From assembly GCF_011045215.1 (NCBI RefSeq), contig NZ_CP049201.1: DNA of 64,000 bases. One strand, written 5' to 3'. The notes beneath the pieces were generated by a model. It was not told the origin of the DNA, searched no databases, and saw only the letters and a list, made by a program, of their open reading frames with translations. The DNA is from Escherichia coli. Its GTDB lineage: Bacteria > Pseudomonadota > Gammaproteobacteria > Enterobacterales > Enterobacteriaceae. A program made the translations under genes and the position numbers. How positions within the stretch are numbered: position 1 is the first letter of the stretch; each line of letters starts with the position of its first letter. Of the stretch, positions 38,640-51,177 are shown one piece after another.

Positions 38640-39404
38640 TTACTTACCAGAGGCGATACGATCACGGATGTGTTGCGCACGCTCTGTTGATGGTGGGTGA
38701 GAGTCAAACATGGACTGGGTGCGACCGCCATCCAGGCTAGCCAGTTTTTCAAAGCTGCCAACCAGCCCCTGGGTGCTGATGCCACGTTTCTTCAACAGAT
38801 CAAAGGAGAAATCATCTGCTTCGGACTCTTTATCGCGGGAGTATTTCGCATTGATAGCGCCTTCTGCGATATCACCCAATTGTGAGCGGGAAAGCTGGGA
38901 AGCCACACCGCTGGTAGCTGAAATGGCATCGCGTGCGGCAACGATCGCATAAGAAGCTTTCATTTCAGCCAGCGAGTGACCCAACGCGACGTGGCCCAGT
39001 TCATGGCCCAGAACGCCTTCAATTTCGTTATCGTTCATCATGTCCATCAGGCCACTGTAAACACGAACACAGCCGTTCGCCATCGCCCATGCGTTGACGT
39101 CGCTGGTCATATAAACCTTATAGTTGACCGGCGTGCCATTAATATTGTTACCCAATGCTTTGGCGATTTTTGCCAGACGTTTACCGTACTTGCTGGATTT
39201 ACTTGCGACTTGATTGCCGCTGTCCATTTCGGCACAGCCCTGATTGGCAATCGCTTTTGCATCGGCATCGCTTAATGTTGCTGCTTTATAGGCATTTAAA
39301 CCGGAGCTGATAGCCATATTGGTATCAATACCGTGGGTATTTTGACACCCCGACAGTAATGCTGCAGAGGTCACAATCGCCAGCAGTAATTTAGTATTCT
39401 TCAT
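38640..39404 (-). CDS. loiP: Outer-membrane M48 metalloprotease LoiP (YcaL), lipoprotein
   Basis: ORF track frame 38640..39428; lipobox LLSGC and zinc motif HELGH in translation. Confidence 0.9.
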   Translation of the reverse strand: MKNTKLLLAIVTSAALLSGCQNTHGIDTNMAISSGLNAYKAATLSDADAKAIANQGCAEMDSGNQVASKSSKYGKRLAKIAKALGNNINGTPVNYKVYMTSDVNAWAMANGCVRVYSGLMDMMNDNEIEGVLGHELGHVALGHSLAEMKASYAIVAARDAISATSGVASQLSRSQLGDIAEGAINAKYSRDKESEADDFSFDLLKKRGISTQGLVGSFEKLASLDGGRTQSMFDSHPPSTERAQHIRDRIASGK

Positions 39405-39572
39405 GTGAATCATCCGTTGATTAATCATATATAAATATTATGTATCAACAACTTACATTGACAACTGACGCTACCATTAATCAAAATGACTCACAAGGTC
39501 CGAAAAAAAACGCCGGCAATGTGCCGACGTTTTGATAAAGAAAGTTTTGGCTATTTATTGGACGTTATTCAT

Positions 39573-40856
39573 TCAGGCTGCCTGGCTAATCCGCGCCAGC
39601 TGCTCGAAATAATCCGGAAATGTTTTGGCCGTACATTTGGGATCAAGAATCGTCACTGGTGTATCTGACAACGCCACCAGCGAAAAACACATCGCCATCC
39701 GGTGATCATTGTATGTCGCGATCTCGGCAAAGTTCAGTTTTTCCGGTGGAGTGATACGAATGTAATCGTGCCCCTCTTCTACTTCCGCACCGACTTTACG
39801 CAGTTCTGTTGCCATCGCAAACAGGCGATCGGTTTCTTTAACACGCCAGTTATAGATATTGCGCAGCGTGGTGGTGCCTTTTGCAAATAACGCCGCCGTG
39901 GCAATGGTCATCGCCGCATCAGGAATATGGTTCATATCCATATCAATAGCGTTCAGTTCACCACGCGTGCAGGAAATATAATCATCGCCCCAGCAAATGG
40001 TCGCGCCCATTTTTTCCAGCACATCAGCAAAGCGAATATCACCCTGCATACTGTTACGTCCAATACCGGTCACTTTTACAGTGCCGCCTTTGATTGCTGC
40101 TGCTGCCAGAAAGTAAGAAGCCGAAGATGCATCGCCTTCGACCAAATAAGTACCCGGAGACTGATAAGACTGCCCGCCTTTTACGACAAATTGTTGATAG
40201 TGCTGATTTTCAATTTCAACACCAAACGTCTTCATCAGATTGAGTGTGATGTCGATATAAGGTTTAGAAACCAGATCGCCTTTAATACGAATCACCGTAT
40301 CTTCCGGCGCAAGAGGCGCAGTCATTAACAGTGAGGTGAGGAATTGGCTGGAAACGGAGCCATCAACGTCAACGTTGCCGCCAGTAAAGCCGCCCTGTAA
40401 ACGCAACGGCGGATAATTTTCTTGTTCCAGGTAAGTGATCTTCGCCCCGCCCAGGCGCAGCGCATCCACCAGATGACCAATCGGGCGCTCTTTCATACGC
40501 GGCTCACCGGTCAGCACAATATCATTGCTACCCAGACAAAGAGCTGCCGCCAGCGGACGCATCGCCGTTCCGGCGTTACCGAGGAACAACTCCAGGGCAC
40601 CTTCTGCGTGTAATGGACCGCCGTTACCGATAATTTCGCAACGTGTACGATCGGCTGAAAGCGTATAGCTTACCCCTAACGCTGTTAATGCATTCAGCAT
40701 ATGGCGCACGTCATCGCTATCCAGCAGATTGGTTAATACTGTTTTGCCGTGTGCTAATGCCGCCAGCAATAAAGCGCGGTTAGAAACGCTCTTGGAACCG
40801 GGCAGATTAATAGTGCCATCGACACGAGCGATGGGTTGTAACGTCAGGGATTCCAT
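39573..40856 (-). CDS. aroA: 3-phosphoshikimate 1-carboxyvinyltransferase (EPSP synthase), 427 aa
   Basis: ORF track 427 aa; N-terminus [35 protein letters not shown]. Confidence 0.97.
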   Translation of the reverse strand: MESLTLQPIARVDGTINLPGSKSVSNRALLLAALAHGKTVLTNLLDSDDVRHMLNALTALGVSYTLSADRTRCEIIGNGGPLHAEGALELFLGNAGTAMRPLAAALCLGSNDIVLTGEPRMKERPIGHLVDALRLGGAKITYLEQENYPPLRLQGGFTGGNVDVDGSVSSQFLTSLLMTAPLAPEDTVIRIKGDLVSKPYIDITLNLMKTFGVEIENQHYQQFVVKGGQSYQSPGTYLVEGDASSASYFLAAAAIKGGTVKVTGIGRNSMQGDIRFADVLEKMGATICWGDDYISCTRGELNAIDMDMNHIPDAAMTIATAALFAKGTTTLRNIYNWRVKETDRLFAMATELRKVGAEVEEGHDYIRITPPEKLNFAEIATYNDHRMAMCFSLVALSDTPVTILDPKCTAKTFPDYFEQLARISQAA

Positions 40857-40879
40857 GAACTCAACTCTCTACAACAGAA

Positions 40880-40907
40880 ATAAAAACCCCACAGGCTGGC
40901 TGTGGGG
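40880..40907 (-). terminator. Intercistronic stem-loop/attenuator between serC and aroA
   Basis: ccccacag...ctgtgggg hairpin followed on minus strand by T-rich tract. Confidence 0.55.
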
Positions 40908-40926
40908 ATTAAGCAAAATTTCGGCA

Positions 40927-42015
40927 TTAACCGTGACGGCGTTCGAACTCAACCATGAAGTCTGTCAGCGCTTTAACGCCTTCCAGCGGCATGGCATTAT
41001 AAATAGACGCGCGCATTCCGCCGACCACACGGTGACCTTTCAGTGCATGAAGGCCTGCAGCAAAAGACTCTTCAAGGAACAATTTGTCAAGCGCACTGTC
41101 AGCCAACTGGAACGGCACGTTCATCCGCGAACGGTTAGCTTTCGCCACGTCATTGCGGTAGAAATCGCTGTTATCAATCACCCCATATAGCAGTTCTGCT
41201 TTTTGCTGATTGATTTTATCCATTTCAGCTACACCGCCGTTCGCTTTCAGCCATTTAAAGACCAGACCAGATAGATACCAGGCAAATGTCGGCGGCGTGT
41301 TAAACATGGAGCCGTTATCGTTGAGGATGGAATAATCCAGAATCGACGGACACGCGACATTCGCTTTGCCCAGCAAATCTTCACGGACGATGACGATTGT
41401 CAGGCCTGCCGGGCCGATATTTTTCTGCGCGCCAGCGTAAATTACACCATAACGGCTGACGTCAATCGGACGGGAAAGAATGGTTGAAGAGAAGTCGGCG
41501 GCGACCACCACATCTTTGCCGAAGTCTGGCGTTTCGTCGATGGCGATACCGTCGATGGTTTCATTCGGGCAGTAATGCATATAAGCAGCATTATCAGAGA
41601 GTTGCCATTCACGCATTGGCTTAACCGCGCGCAGACCATCAACAGTCACTTTGGCGTCAAAGACATTAGGCGTGCAGTATTTTTTCGCTTCTTTAATGGC
41701 ACTTGCCGCCCAGTAACCGGCATCAACATAATCTGCGGTGGTTTTATCACCGAGAATATTCAGCGGTACCGCAGCAAACTGACCGCGACCACCGCCATGG
41801 CAGAATAATACCTTGTAGTTGGAGGGGACATTAAGAAGATCGCGAAAATCCTTCTCGGCTTCCTCTGCAACCTGAATGAACTCTTTGCCACGGTGACTCA
41901 CTTCCATCACCGACGTACCAAGACCGTTCCAGTCGCGCAGTTCCTGTTGAGCCTGTTTAAGCACCTCTGCCGGTAGCATTGCCGGACCAGAACTAAAATT
42001 GAAGATTTGAGCCAT
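40927..42015 (-). CDS. serC: Phosphoserine aminotransferase, 362 aa
   Basis: ORF track 362 aa; N-terminus [15 protein letters not shown]. Confidence 0.97.
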   Translation of the reverse strand: MAQIFNFSSGPAMLPAEVLKQAQQELRDWNGLGTSVMEVSHRGKEFIQVAEEAEKDFRDLLNVPSNYKVLFCHGGGRGQFAAVPLNILGDKTTADYVDAGYWAASAIKEAKKYCTPNVFDAKVTVDGLRAVKPMREWQLSDNAAYMHYCPNETIDGIAIDETPDFGKDVVVAADFSSTILSRPIDVSRYGVIYAGAQKNIGPAGLTIVIVREDLLGKANVACPSILDYSILNDNGSMFNTPPTFAWYLSGLVFKWLKANGGVAEMDKINQQKAELLYGVIDNSDFYRNDVAKANRSRMNVPFQLADSALDKLFLEESFAAGLHALKGHRVVGGMRASIYNAMPLEGVKALTDFMVEFERRHG

Positions 42016-42213
42016 TTCCCCTCACCACGTTGCGTTGCTATTAACCCGCGGTCAATCGATTGCGACCACAGGTAATACATTATTCCTGTGGCTATCGGTT
42101 TTATCATTCAGTGACACACATCGCAATGAGTAAAACCGTTGAGGGCAAAAATGTGGCTTGCATCACACAAAAGAATCTCTCGGATTATTAGCAAAAAGCC
42201 GATGTTTTTACTG

Positions 42214-42906
42214 TCAGGTCACCCGTTTTGCCCGACTTGCCTTCGTCCATTCTGGGTTTGCACAGCGCGGACATAATTGTTTTTCCCCCGCTTTCATATG
42301 AATGATTTCACTACAACGAATACAGGCATAGTCCGCCGACTCCGGCACCACTTTGTAACGCTGCGTACAATCACTGGGTAAAATAAGTAAACCCGATTTC
42401 ACCTTGTCATCTTCAAAGAAATAGACACTGATTTGCCCGTTGGTTTCGAGAATCGCCAGACGTACCTGCCCCAGCTGCTCCACGCCACGCAATCGTAGCT
42501 CCATAAAGAACTCAAATTCCGTCATGTTGGAGTTATTGAGTTTCGACCAGGCCAGCTCGCCATCTTCAATAATGACAACTGGCTTGCCTTCCAGAAGATC
42601 TTCCAGTTTTTCACTGTGCGCCATCAACCACATTACCAGGCGGTATAACAACGCCAGAGTAATAAAGACGATAAGTACCGGGACCATCGGCACATCATCA
42701 TAAAACGCCACATCTCCCGCCGCTGATCCCAGCGTCAGAATGATTAAAACTTCAAACAGCGACATCTGCCGCACACCGCGTCTTCCGGTCATTTTGAGGA
42801 ACAAAAAGACCAGTACAAAGGTATAAAGACTACGTAGTGCAACTTCGCCAAGGAAATCAAAAGGCACTTTATCAAATGCCATACGGTGGAGATCGAACGC
42901 CTTCAT
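42214..42906 (-). CDS. ycaP: Inner-membrane protein YcaP (DUF421), 230 aa
   Basis: ORF track 230 aa; two N-terminal TM segments. Confidence 0.85.
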   Translation of the reverse strand: MKAFDLHRMAFDKVPFDFLGEVALRSLYTFVLVFLFLKMTGRRGVRQMSLFEVLIILTLGSAAGDVAFYDDVPMVPVLIVFITLALLYRLVMWLMAHSEKLEDLLEGKPVVIIEDGELAWSKLNNSNMTEFEFFMELRLRGVEQLGQVRLAILETNGQISVYFFEDDKVKSGLLILPSDCTQRYKVVPESADYACIRCSEIIHMKAGEKQLCPRCANPEWTKASRAKRVT

Positions 42907-43035
42907 TTTTATGCTCTTAACGTGGTTTATCCGCTAAAAGCATAGTCAACAGTTCATCGGCATGGCGGCGGTGATAGCGCCTTTGAGATAAAACCCGTAT
43001 TATTGCGCGCTTTCCGTACGACTAAAGTGATTTTC

Positions 43036-44796
43036 ATGACGCAAACATTTATCCCCGGCAAAGATGCCGCACTGGAAGATTCCATCGCTCGCTTCCAGCA
43101 AAAACTTTCAGACCTCGGCTTTCAGATTGAAGAGGCCTCCTGGCTGAATCCCGTGCCTAACGTCTGGTCTGTACATATTCGCGACAAAGAGTGCGCACTG
43201 TGTTTTACCAACGGTAAAGGCGCAACCAAGAAAGCGGCGCTGGCTTCTGCACTCGGTGAATATTTCGAGCGTCTCTCAACCAACTACTTTTTTGCTGATT
43301 TCTGGCTGGGCGAAACCATCGCCAACGGTCCATTTGTGCATTATCCCAACGAAAAATGGTTCCCACTGACCGAAAATGACGATGTGCCAGAAGGGCTGCT
43401 CGATGAACGTCTGCGCGCATTTTACGATCCGGAGAATGAATTGACCGGCAGTATGCTGATTGACCTACAATCCGGTAACGAAGATCGTGGTATTTGCGGT
43501 CTGCCGTTTACACGTCAGTCTGATAATCAGACCGTTTATATTCCGATGAATATCATTGGTAACTTGTACGTTTCTAACGGTATGTCTGCTGGCAATACCC
43601 GTAACGAAGCACGCGTTCAGGGGTTGTCCGAAGTTTTCGAACGCTACGTGAAAAACCGCATTATTGCTGAAAGCATCAGCTTGCCGGAAATCCCGGCAGA
43701 CGTGCTGGCACGTTATCCAGCAGTAGTTGAAGCGATCGAAACACTGGAAGCAGAAGGTTTCCCGATCTTCGCATATGATGGTTCCCTTGGCGGCCAGTAT
43801 CCGGTGATTTGCGTGGTACTGTTTAATCCTGCTAACGGCACCTGCTTTGCCTCTTTCGGTGCGCATCCTGATTTTGGCGTAGCACTGGAACGTACCGTGA
43901 CCGAGCTGCTGCAAGGTCGTGGCCTGAAAGATTTGGATGTGTTTACTCCGCCAACCTTCGATGATGAAGAAGTCGCTGAACATACCAACCTCGAAACGCA
44001 CTTTATCGATTCCAGCGGTTTAATCTCCTGGGACCTGTTCAAGCAGGATGCCGATTATCCGTTTGTGGACTGGAATTTCTCCGGCACCACGGGAGAAGAG
44101 TTTGCTACGCTGATGGCTATCTTCAACAAAGAAGATAAAGAAGTTTATATTGCCGATTACGAGCATCTGGGCGTTTATGCTTGCCGTATTATCGTGCCTG
44201 GCATGTCCGATATTTATCCGGCTGAAGATCTGTGGCTCGCGAATAACAGTATGGGCAGCCATTTACGTGAAACGATTCTTTCGCTACCAGGCAGCGAGTG
44301 GGAAAAAGAAGATTACCTGAACCTCATCGAGCAACTGGATGAAGAAGGTTTTGATGACTTTACCCGCGTGCGTGAGCTGTTGGGTCTGGCGACCGGGTCG
44401 GATAACGGTTGGTACACCCTGCGTATCGGTGAATTAAAAGCCATGCTGGCGCTGGCTGGTGGCGATCTGGAACAGGCTCTGGTCTGGACCGAATGGACGA
44501 TGGAGTTTAACTCATCGGTATTCAGCCCGGAACGCGCCAACTATTATCGCTGCCTGCAAACGTTGTTATTACTGGCACAGGAAGAAGATCGCCAGCCGCT
44601 GCAATATCTGAATGCGTTTGTTCGCATGTACGGCGCAGATGCCGTGGAAGCCGCCAGTGCGGCAATGAGCGGCGAAGCGGCGTTTTATGGCTTGCAACCA
44701 GTAGATAGCGATCTGCACGCGTTTGCTGCACATCAGTCACTGTTGAAGGCCTACGAAAAGCTGCAGCGCGCCAAAGCAGCATTCTGGGCAAAATAA
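43036..44796 (+). CDS. ycaO: YcaO-domain protein (ATP-dependent amide-activating family), 586 aa
   Basis: ORF track frame 43003..44796; start at MTQTFIPGKD; length matches recalled YcaO. Confidence 0.92.
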   Translation: MTQTFIPGKDAALEDSIARFQQKLSDLGFQIEEASWLNPVPNVWSVHIRDKECALCFTNGKGATKKAALASALGEYFERLSTNYFFADFWLGETIANGPFVHYPNEKWFPLTENDDVPEGLLDERLRAFYDPENELTGSMLIDLQSGNEDRGICGLPFTRQSDNQTVYIPMNIIGNLYVSNGMSAGNTRNEARVQGLSEVFERYVKNRIIAESISLPEIPADVLARYPAVVEAIETLEAEGFPIFAYDGSLGGQYPVICVVLFNPANGTCFASFGAHPDFGVALERTVTELLQGRGLKDLDVFTPPTFDDEEVAEHTNLETHFIDSSGLISWDLFKQDADYPFVDWNFSGTTGEEFATLMAIFNKEDKEVYIADYEHLGVYACRIIVPGMSDIYPAEDLWLANNSMGSHLRETILSLPGSEWEKEDYLNLIEQLDEEGFDDFTRVRELLGLATGSDNGWYTLRIGELKAMLALAGGDLEQALVWTEWTMEFNSSVFSPERANYYRCLQTLLLLAQEEDRQPLQYLNAFVRMYGADAVEAASAAMSGEAAFYGLQPVDSDLHAFAAHQSLLKAYEKLQRAKAAFWAK

Positions 44797-45127
44797 AATC
44801 AAATAGCCTACGCAATGTAGGCTTAATGATTCGTCTGAGTTATATTACGGGGCGTTTTTTTAATGCCCCGCTTTACATATATTTGCATTAATAAAATAAT
44901 TGTAATTATAAGGTTAAATATCGGTAATTTGTATTTAATAAATACGATCGATATTGTTACTTTATTCGCCTGGTGCTCCCTTTTAATTAACTGTTTTAGC
45001 GGAGGATGCGGAAAAAATTCAACTCATTTGTTAATTTTTAAAATTTATTTTTATTTGGATAATCAAATATTTACTCCGTATTTGCATAAAAACCATGCGA
45101 GTTACGGGCCTATAAGCCAGGCGAGAT

Positions 45128-45141
45128 ATGATCTATATCAA
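45128..45141. promoter_or_regulatory. FNR-type site (aTGAT-N4-ATCAA) in focA-pflB promoter region
   Basis: atgatctatatcaa palindrome read directly, followed by tataat at 45151-45156. Confidence 0.6.
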
Positions 45142-45201
45142 TTTCTCATCTATAATGCTTTGTTAGTATCTCGTCGCCGACTTAATAAAGAGAGAGTTAG
45201 T

Positions 45202-46059
45202 GTGAAAGCTGACAACCCTTTTGATCTTTTACTTCCTGCTGCAATGGCCAAAGTGGCCGAAGAGGCGGGTGTCTATAAAGCAACGAAACATCCGCTTAAG
45301 ACTTTCTATCTGGCGATTACCGCCGGTGTTTTCATCTCAATCGCATTCGTCTTCTATATCACAGCAACCACTGGCACAGGCACAATGCCCTTCGGCATGG
45401 CAAAACTGGTTGGCGGCATTTGTTTCTCTCTGGGGCTGATTCTTTGTGTTGTCTGCGGAGCCGATCTCTTTACTTCCACAGTGTTGATTGTTGTTGCTAA
45501 GGCGAGTGGGCGCATCACCTGGGGTCAGTTGGCTAAAAACTGGCTAAATGTCTATTTTGGCAACCTGGTCGGCGCACTGCTGTTTGTACTTTTAATGTGG
45601 CTTTCCGGCGAGTATATGACCGCAAATGGTCAATGGGGACTAAACGTCCTACAAACCGCCGACCACAAAGTGCACCATACTTTTATTGAGGCCGTCTGCC
45701 TTGGTATCCTGGCAAACCTGATGGTATGTCTGGCAGTATGGATGAGTTATTCTGGCCGCAGCCTGATGGACAAAGCGTTTATCATGGTGCTGCCGGTCGC
45801 GATGTTTGTTGCCAGCGGTTTTGAGCACAGTATCGCAAACATGTTTATGATCCCGATGGGTATTGTAATCCGCGACTTCGCATCTCCGGAATTCTGGACC
45901 GCTGTCGGTTCTGCACCGGAAAATTTTTCTCACCTGACCGTGATGAACTTCATCACTGATAACCTGATTCCGGTTACGATCGGTAATATTATCGGCGGTG
46001 GTTTGTTGGTTGGGTTGACATACTGGGTCATTTACCTGCGTGAAAACGATCACCATTAA
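45202..46059 (+). CDS. focA: Formate channel FocA, 285 aa, GTG start
   Basis: In-frame GTG at 45202 preceded by AAAGAGAGAG; N-terminus (V/M)KADNPFDLLLPAAMAKVAEEAG; the longer track ORF 44863..46059 runs through the AT-rich promoter region. Confidence 0.9.
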   Translation: MKADNPFDLLLPAAMAKVAEEAGVYKATKHPLKTFYLAITAGVFISIAFVFYITATTGTGTMPFGMAKLVGGICFSLGLILCVVCGADLFTSTVLIVVAKASGRITWGQLAKNWLNVYFGNLVGALLFVLLMWLSGEYMTANGQWGLNVLQTADHKVHHTFIEAVCLGILANLMVCLAVWMSYSGRSLMDKAFIMVLPVAMFVASGFEHSIANMFMIPMGIVIRDFASPEFWTAVGSAPENFSHLTVMNFITDNLIPVTIGNIIGGGLLVGLTYWVIYLRENDHH

Positions 46060-46113
46060 TGGTTGTCGAAGTACGCAGTAAATAAAAAATCCACTTAAGA
46101 AGGTAGGTGTTAC

Positions 46114-48396
<2,283 letters not shown>

Positions 48397-48437
48397 TTAG
48401 ATTTGACTGAAATCGTACAGTAAAAAGCGTACAATAA

Positions 48438-48466
48438 AGGCTCCACGAAAGTGGGGCCTTTTTTAG
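48438..48466 (+). terminator. Rho-independent terminator after pflB
   Basis: aggctccacgaaagtggggcct hairpin followed by TTTTTT. Confidence 0.8.
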
Positions 48467-48587
48467 CACGTGAGCCTTTTTTGTCAGCTATCTATACTTT
48501 AAGGTGACTGCCAAAACAGACTCGACGTAGCCTTCGAGCTGCGCACCAACACGGCCTCAGATGGGCCACATCTGGAGAAACACCGCA

Positions 48588-49328
48588 ATGTCAGTTATTG
48601 GTCGCATTCACTCCTTTGAATCCTGTGGAACCGTAGACGGCCCAGGTATTCGCTTTATCACCTTTTTCCAGGGCTGCCTGATGCGCTGCCTGTATTGTCA
48701 TAACCGCGACACCTGGGACACGCATGGCGGTAAAGAAGTTACCGTTGAAGATTTGATGAAGGAAGTGGTGACCTATCGCCACTTTATGAACGCTTCCGGC
48801 GGCGGCGTTACCGCATCCGGCGGTGAAGCAATCCTGCAAGCTGAGTTTGTTCGTGACTGGTTCCGCGCCTGCAAAAAAGAAGGCATTCATACCTGTCTGG
48901 ACACCAACGGTTTTGTTCGTCGTTACGATCCGGTGATTGATGAACTGCTGGAAGTAACCGACCTGGTAATGCTCGATCTCAAACAGATGAACGACGAGAT
49001 CCACCAAAATCTGGTTGGAGTTTCCAACCACCGCACGCTGGAGTTCGCCAAATATCTGGCGAATAAAAATGTGAAGGTGTGGATCCGCTACGTTGTTGTC
49101 CCAGGCTGGTCTGACGATGACGATTCAGCGCATCGCCTCGGTGAATTTACCCGTGATATGGGTAACGTTGAGAAAATCGAACTTCTCCCCTACCACGAAC
49201 TGGGCAAACACAAATGGGTGGCGATGGGTGAAGAATACAAACTCGATGGTGTTAAACCACCGAAGAAAGAAACCATGGAACGCGTGAAAGGTATTCTTGA
49301 GCAGTACGGTCATAAGGTAATGTTCTAA
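48588..49328 (+). CDS. pflA: Pyruvate formate-lyase activating enzyme (radical SAM), 246 aa
   Basis: ORF track frame 48561..49328; start [20 protein letters not shown]; radical-SAM CxxxCxxC motif CLMRCLYC. Confidence 0.96.
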   Translation: MSVIGRIHSFESCGTVDGPGIRFITFFQGCLMRCLYCHNRDTWDTHGGKEVTVEDLMKEVVTYRHFMNASGGGVTASGGEAILQAEFVRDWFRACKKEGIHTCLDTNGFVRRYDPVIDELLEVTDLVMLDLKQMNDEIHQNLVGVSNHRTLEFAKYLANKNVKVWIRYVVVPGWSDDDDSAHRLGEFTRDMGNVEKIELLPYHELGKHKWVAMGEEYKLDGVKPPKKETMERVKGILEQYGHKVMF

Positions 49329-49337
49329 TTTCCCCGT

Positions 49338-49372
49338 AAAGCGGCAACTTTATTGAGTTGCCGCTTTTTTAT
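49338..49372 (+). terminator. Rho-independent terminator of pflA
   Basis: aaagcggcaactttattgagttgccgcttt hairpin followed by TTTTTT. Confidence 0.8.
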
Positions 49373-49537
49373 TCCGCGCTGCATAAATAATTCAGAGCTC
49401 TATTTCTAACGCCCTTACAGCACAGCTTCCAAATGTATTACCCAAACCGCCAGTATATGTCCTGCGGCTTGCGCGCATTTCTCGATTATGTAAAAACGGG
49501 TCAGATCTGCCAGAGTCAGCGTCACCGACCACAATAA

Positions 49538-50968
49538 TTATTTACTATTCGCTTTACGCGCCAGCAGCGGGAATATCAGTCCTAATCCTACCAGCACAAA
49601 CGGCGTTGCAACATTCAGCGCCAACTGGAAGGTCCACTCTGCAGTGAAGGCTTCCATTTTCGGGAAGATCCCCGTCAAACAGGCAAAGGCAGTAAAGGCA
49701 AAACACCAAATCCCGACGGTCATTGCCAGAGGCTTATTACGAATAAAGACATACTCTGGTGTATATTTCTGCGCCAGGCGAACGACTGCAATAAATGCAA
49801 CAAATACCCATAAATAACGCAGCGGCATCACTACCGAGTTAAGATTCAACAGCCATTTATAGAGATTGTTCATATCACCGATGCCGAGAGTCGGCAGCAT
49901 AATCAGGATCGCCACCAGCACCAGGGTCAGAAAATAGCCATTAACGGGCGTACCAGAAGCGTTGGTACGACATAAACTGGCTGGAATATATTTGCTGTCA
50001 GCATCGCCTAATAGCACTTTAAGCGGGGCATCAATCGAGAATACCAGCGCAGCTACTTGTCCCAGGGTATTCGCAATGGCGTAAATCACCATTAAAGTAT
50101 TACCCATGTTGTAATACTCGCCCAGCTTCTGAAAGGCGTAATACTGACCGTTAGTCATTAAGTCATCCGGGATATTACGCGAGTCAAACATCATCCCCAT
50201 CGCCAGTGAGCCCAGAATGGCACAAACCGCAACCATCACCGCCAGGCATAACATCCCTTTTGGAAATTCTTTTCCTGGGTTGCGCGTTTGATTAACGTAA
50301 GGAGAAATCTTCTCAGCTCCGCCAACCGCGAAAACCAGCATTGAAATAGTGGTAATGTAGGTAAAGTCGATATGAGGAATGAACGTTTCCCAGGTAATGT
50401 TTGTGGTCGCAATATGCACTTCAGTAATCGCAGGCGCGGTTACCGCCATCGCCACATACAGGAGCGACATAACAAACATCGCAATCCCTGCCACAGAACC
50501 GACGATTTTCAGCGATTTCATACCGCGTGAAGCAACCCACATAAAGAAGATAAACAGCACCAGCGTTAACCCCTGTAACGCTACGACTGAATATTCTTTG
50601 ATTAGCGAACCGTCGCCTTTCATCGCCCAACCGAGCGCAATCAGTATTGCCTGGGGTTTTTGTGCCAGATAGGGAATATGCACCACCCAGTAGGTCCACG
50701 CGGCGAGGTAAGCCAATCCGGGTCCCATCGTGTGTTTAATCCAGGTACTGACCCCGCCCTTCCCATCTTTGAAGGTCGAGCCTAACTGACCAACAATTAG
50801 TGCATAAGGTGTGAAATAGAGCGCAAAGATAAACACCCATGAAAAAACAACCACCAGCCCCTGGTTGGCATAGTTATTAACAACGTTGCCAAAACCCCAG
50901 ACAGTGATAAAAGACATCAGCGCAATGTTGTACCATCGCAGCTGTTTTTCCTGAACATTCCCAGCCAT
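49538..50968 (-). CDS. ycaM: APC-family amino acid/polyamine transporter YcaM, 476 aa (start MAGNVQEKQ)
   Basis: ORF track frame 49538..51160; polytopic membrane protein; start chosen at internal ATG by length match to recalled YcaM. Confidence 0.85.
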   Translation of the reverse strand: MAGNVQEKQLRWYNIALMSFITVWGFGNVVNNYANQGLVVVFSWVFIFALYFTPYALIVGQLGSTFKDGKGGVSTWIKHTMGPGLAYLAAWTYWVVHIPYLAQKPQAILIALGWAMKGDGSLIKEYSVVALQGLTLVLFIFFMWVASRGMKSLKIVGSVAGIAMFVMSLLYVAMAVTAPAITEVHIATTNITWETFIPHIDFTYITTISMLVFAVGGAEKISPYVNQTRNPGKEFPKGMLCLAVMVAVCAILGSLAMGMMFDSRNIPDDLMTNGQYYAFQKLGEYYNMGNTLMVIYAIANTLGQVAALVFSIDAPLKVLLGDADSKYIPASLCRTNASGTPVNGYFLTLVLVAILIMLPTLGIGDMNNLYKWLLNLNSVVMPLRYLWVFVAFIAVVRLAQKYTPEYVFIRNKPLAMTVGIWCFAFTAFACLTGIFPKMEAFTAEWTFQLALNVATPFVLVGLGLIFPLLARKANSK

Positions 50969-51177
50969 AGACAAATCCTTCGCCAAAATTAAAGGGGCAT
51001 CTGTAAAACGAGGGATTATGCGCGGCAAATAAGAAGTGCGGAAATAGCGAAATGCAAAATTATAACCTGCTGCACATTTTATTTTTAAACGAATAAAATT
51101 TGGAAAAAAGCAAGTCAGATAGAAGAAACAAAAAAGCAGAGTGTGAAACAGTAAGTTCACACTTTGCTTGAATTCAT

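Noticed and set aside
44863-45201. N-terminal extension of focA ORF (398-aa version)
   Set aside because: Extension runs through the AT-rich promoter region containing the FNR site; the GTG at 45202 has a proper ribosome-binding site and gives the expected 285-aa channel.
50969-51160. 64-aa N-terminal extension of ycaM ORF
   Set aside because: Low-complexity Phe/Leu-rich read-through of the promoter region; internal ATG gives the expected 476-aa transporter.
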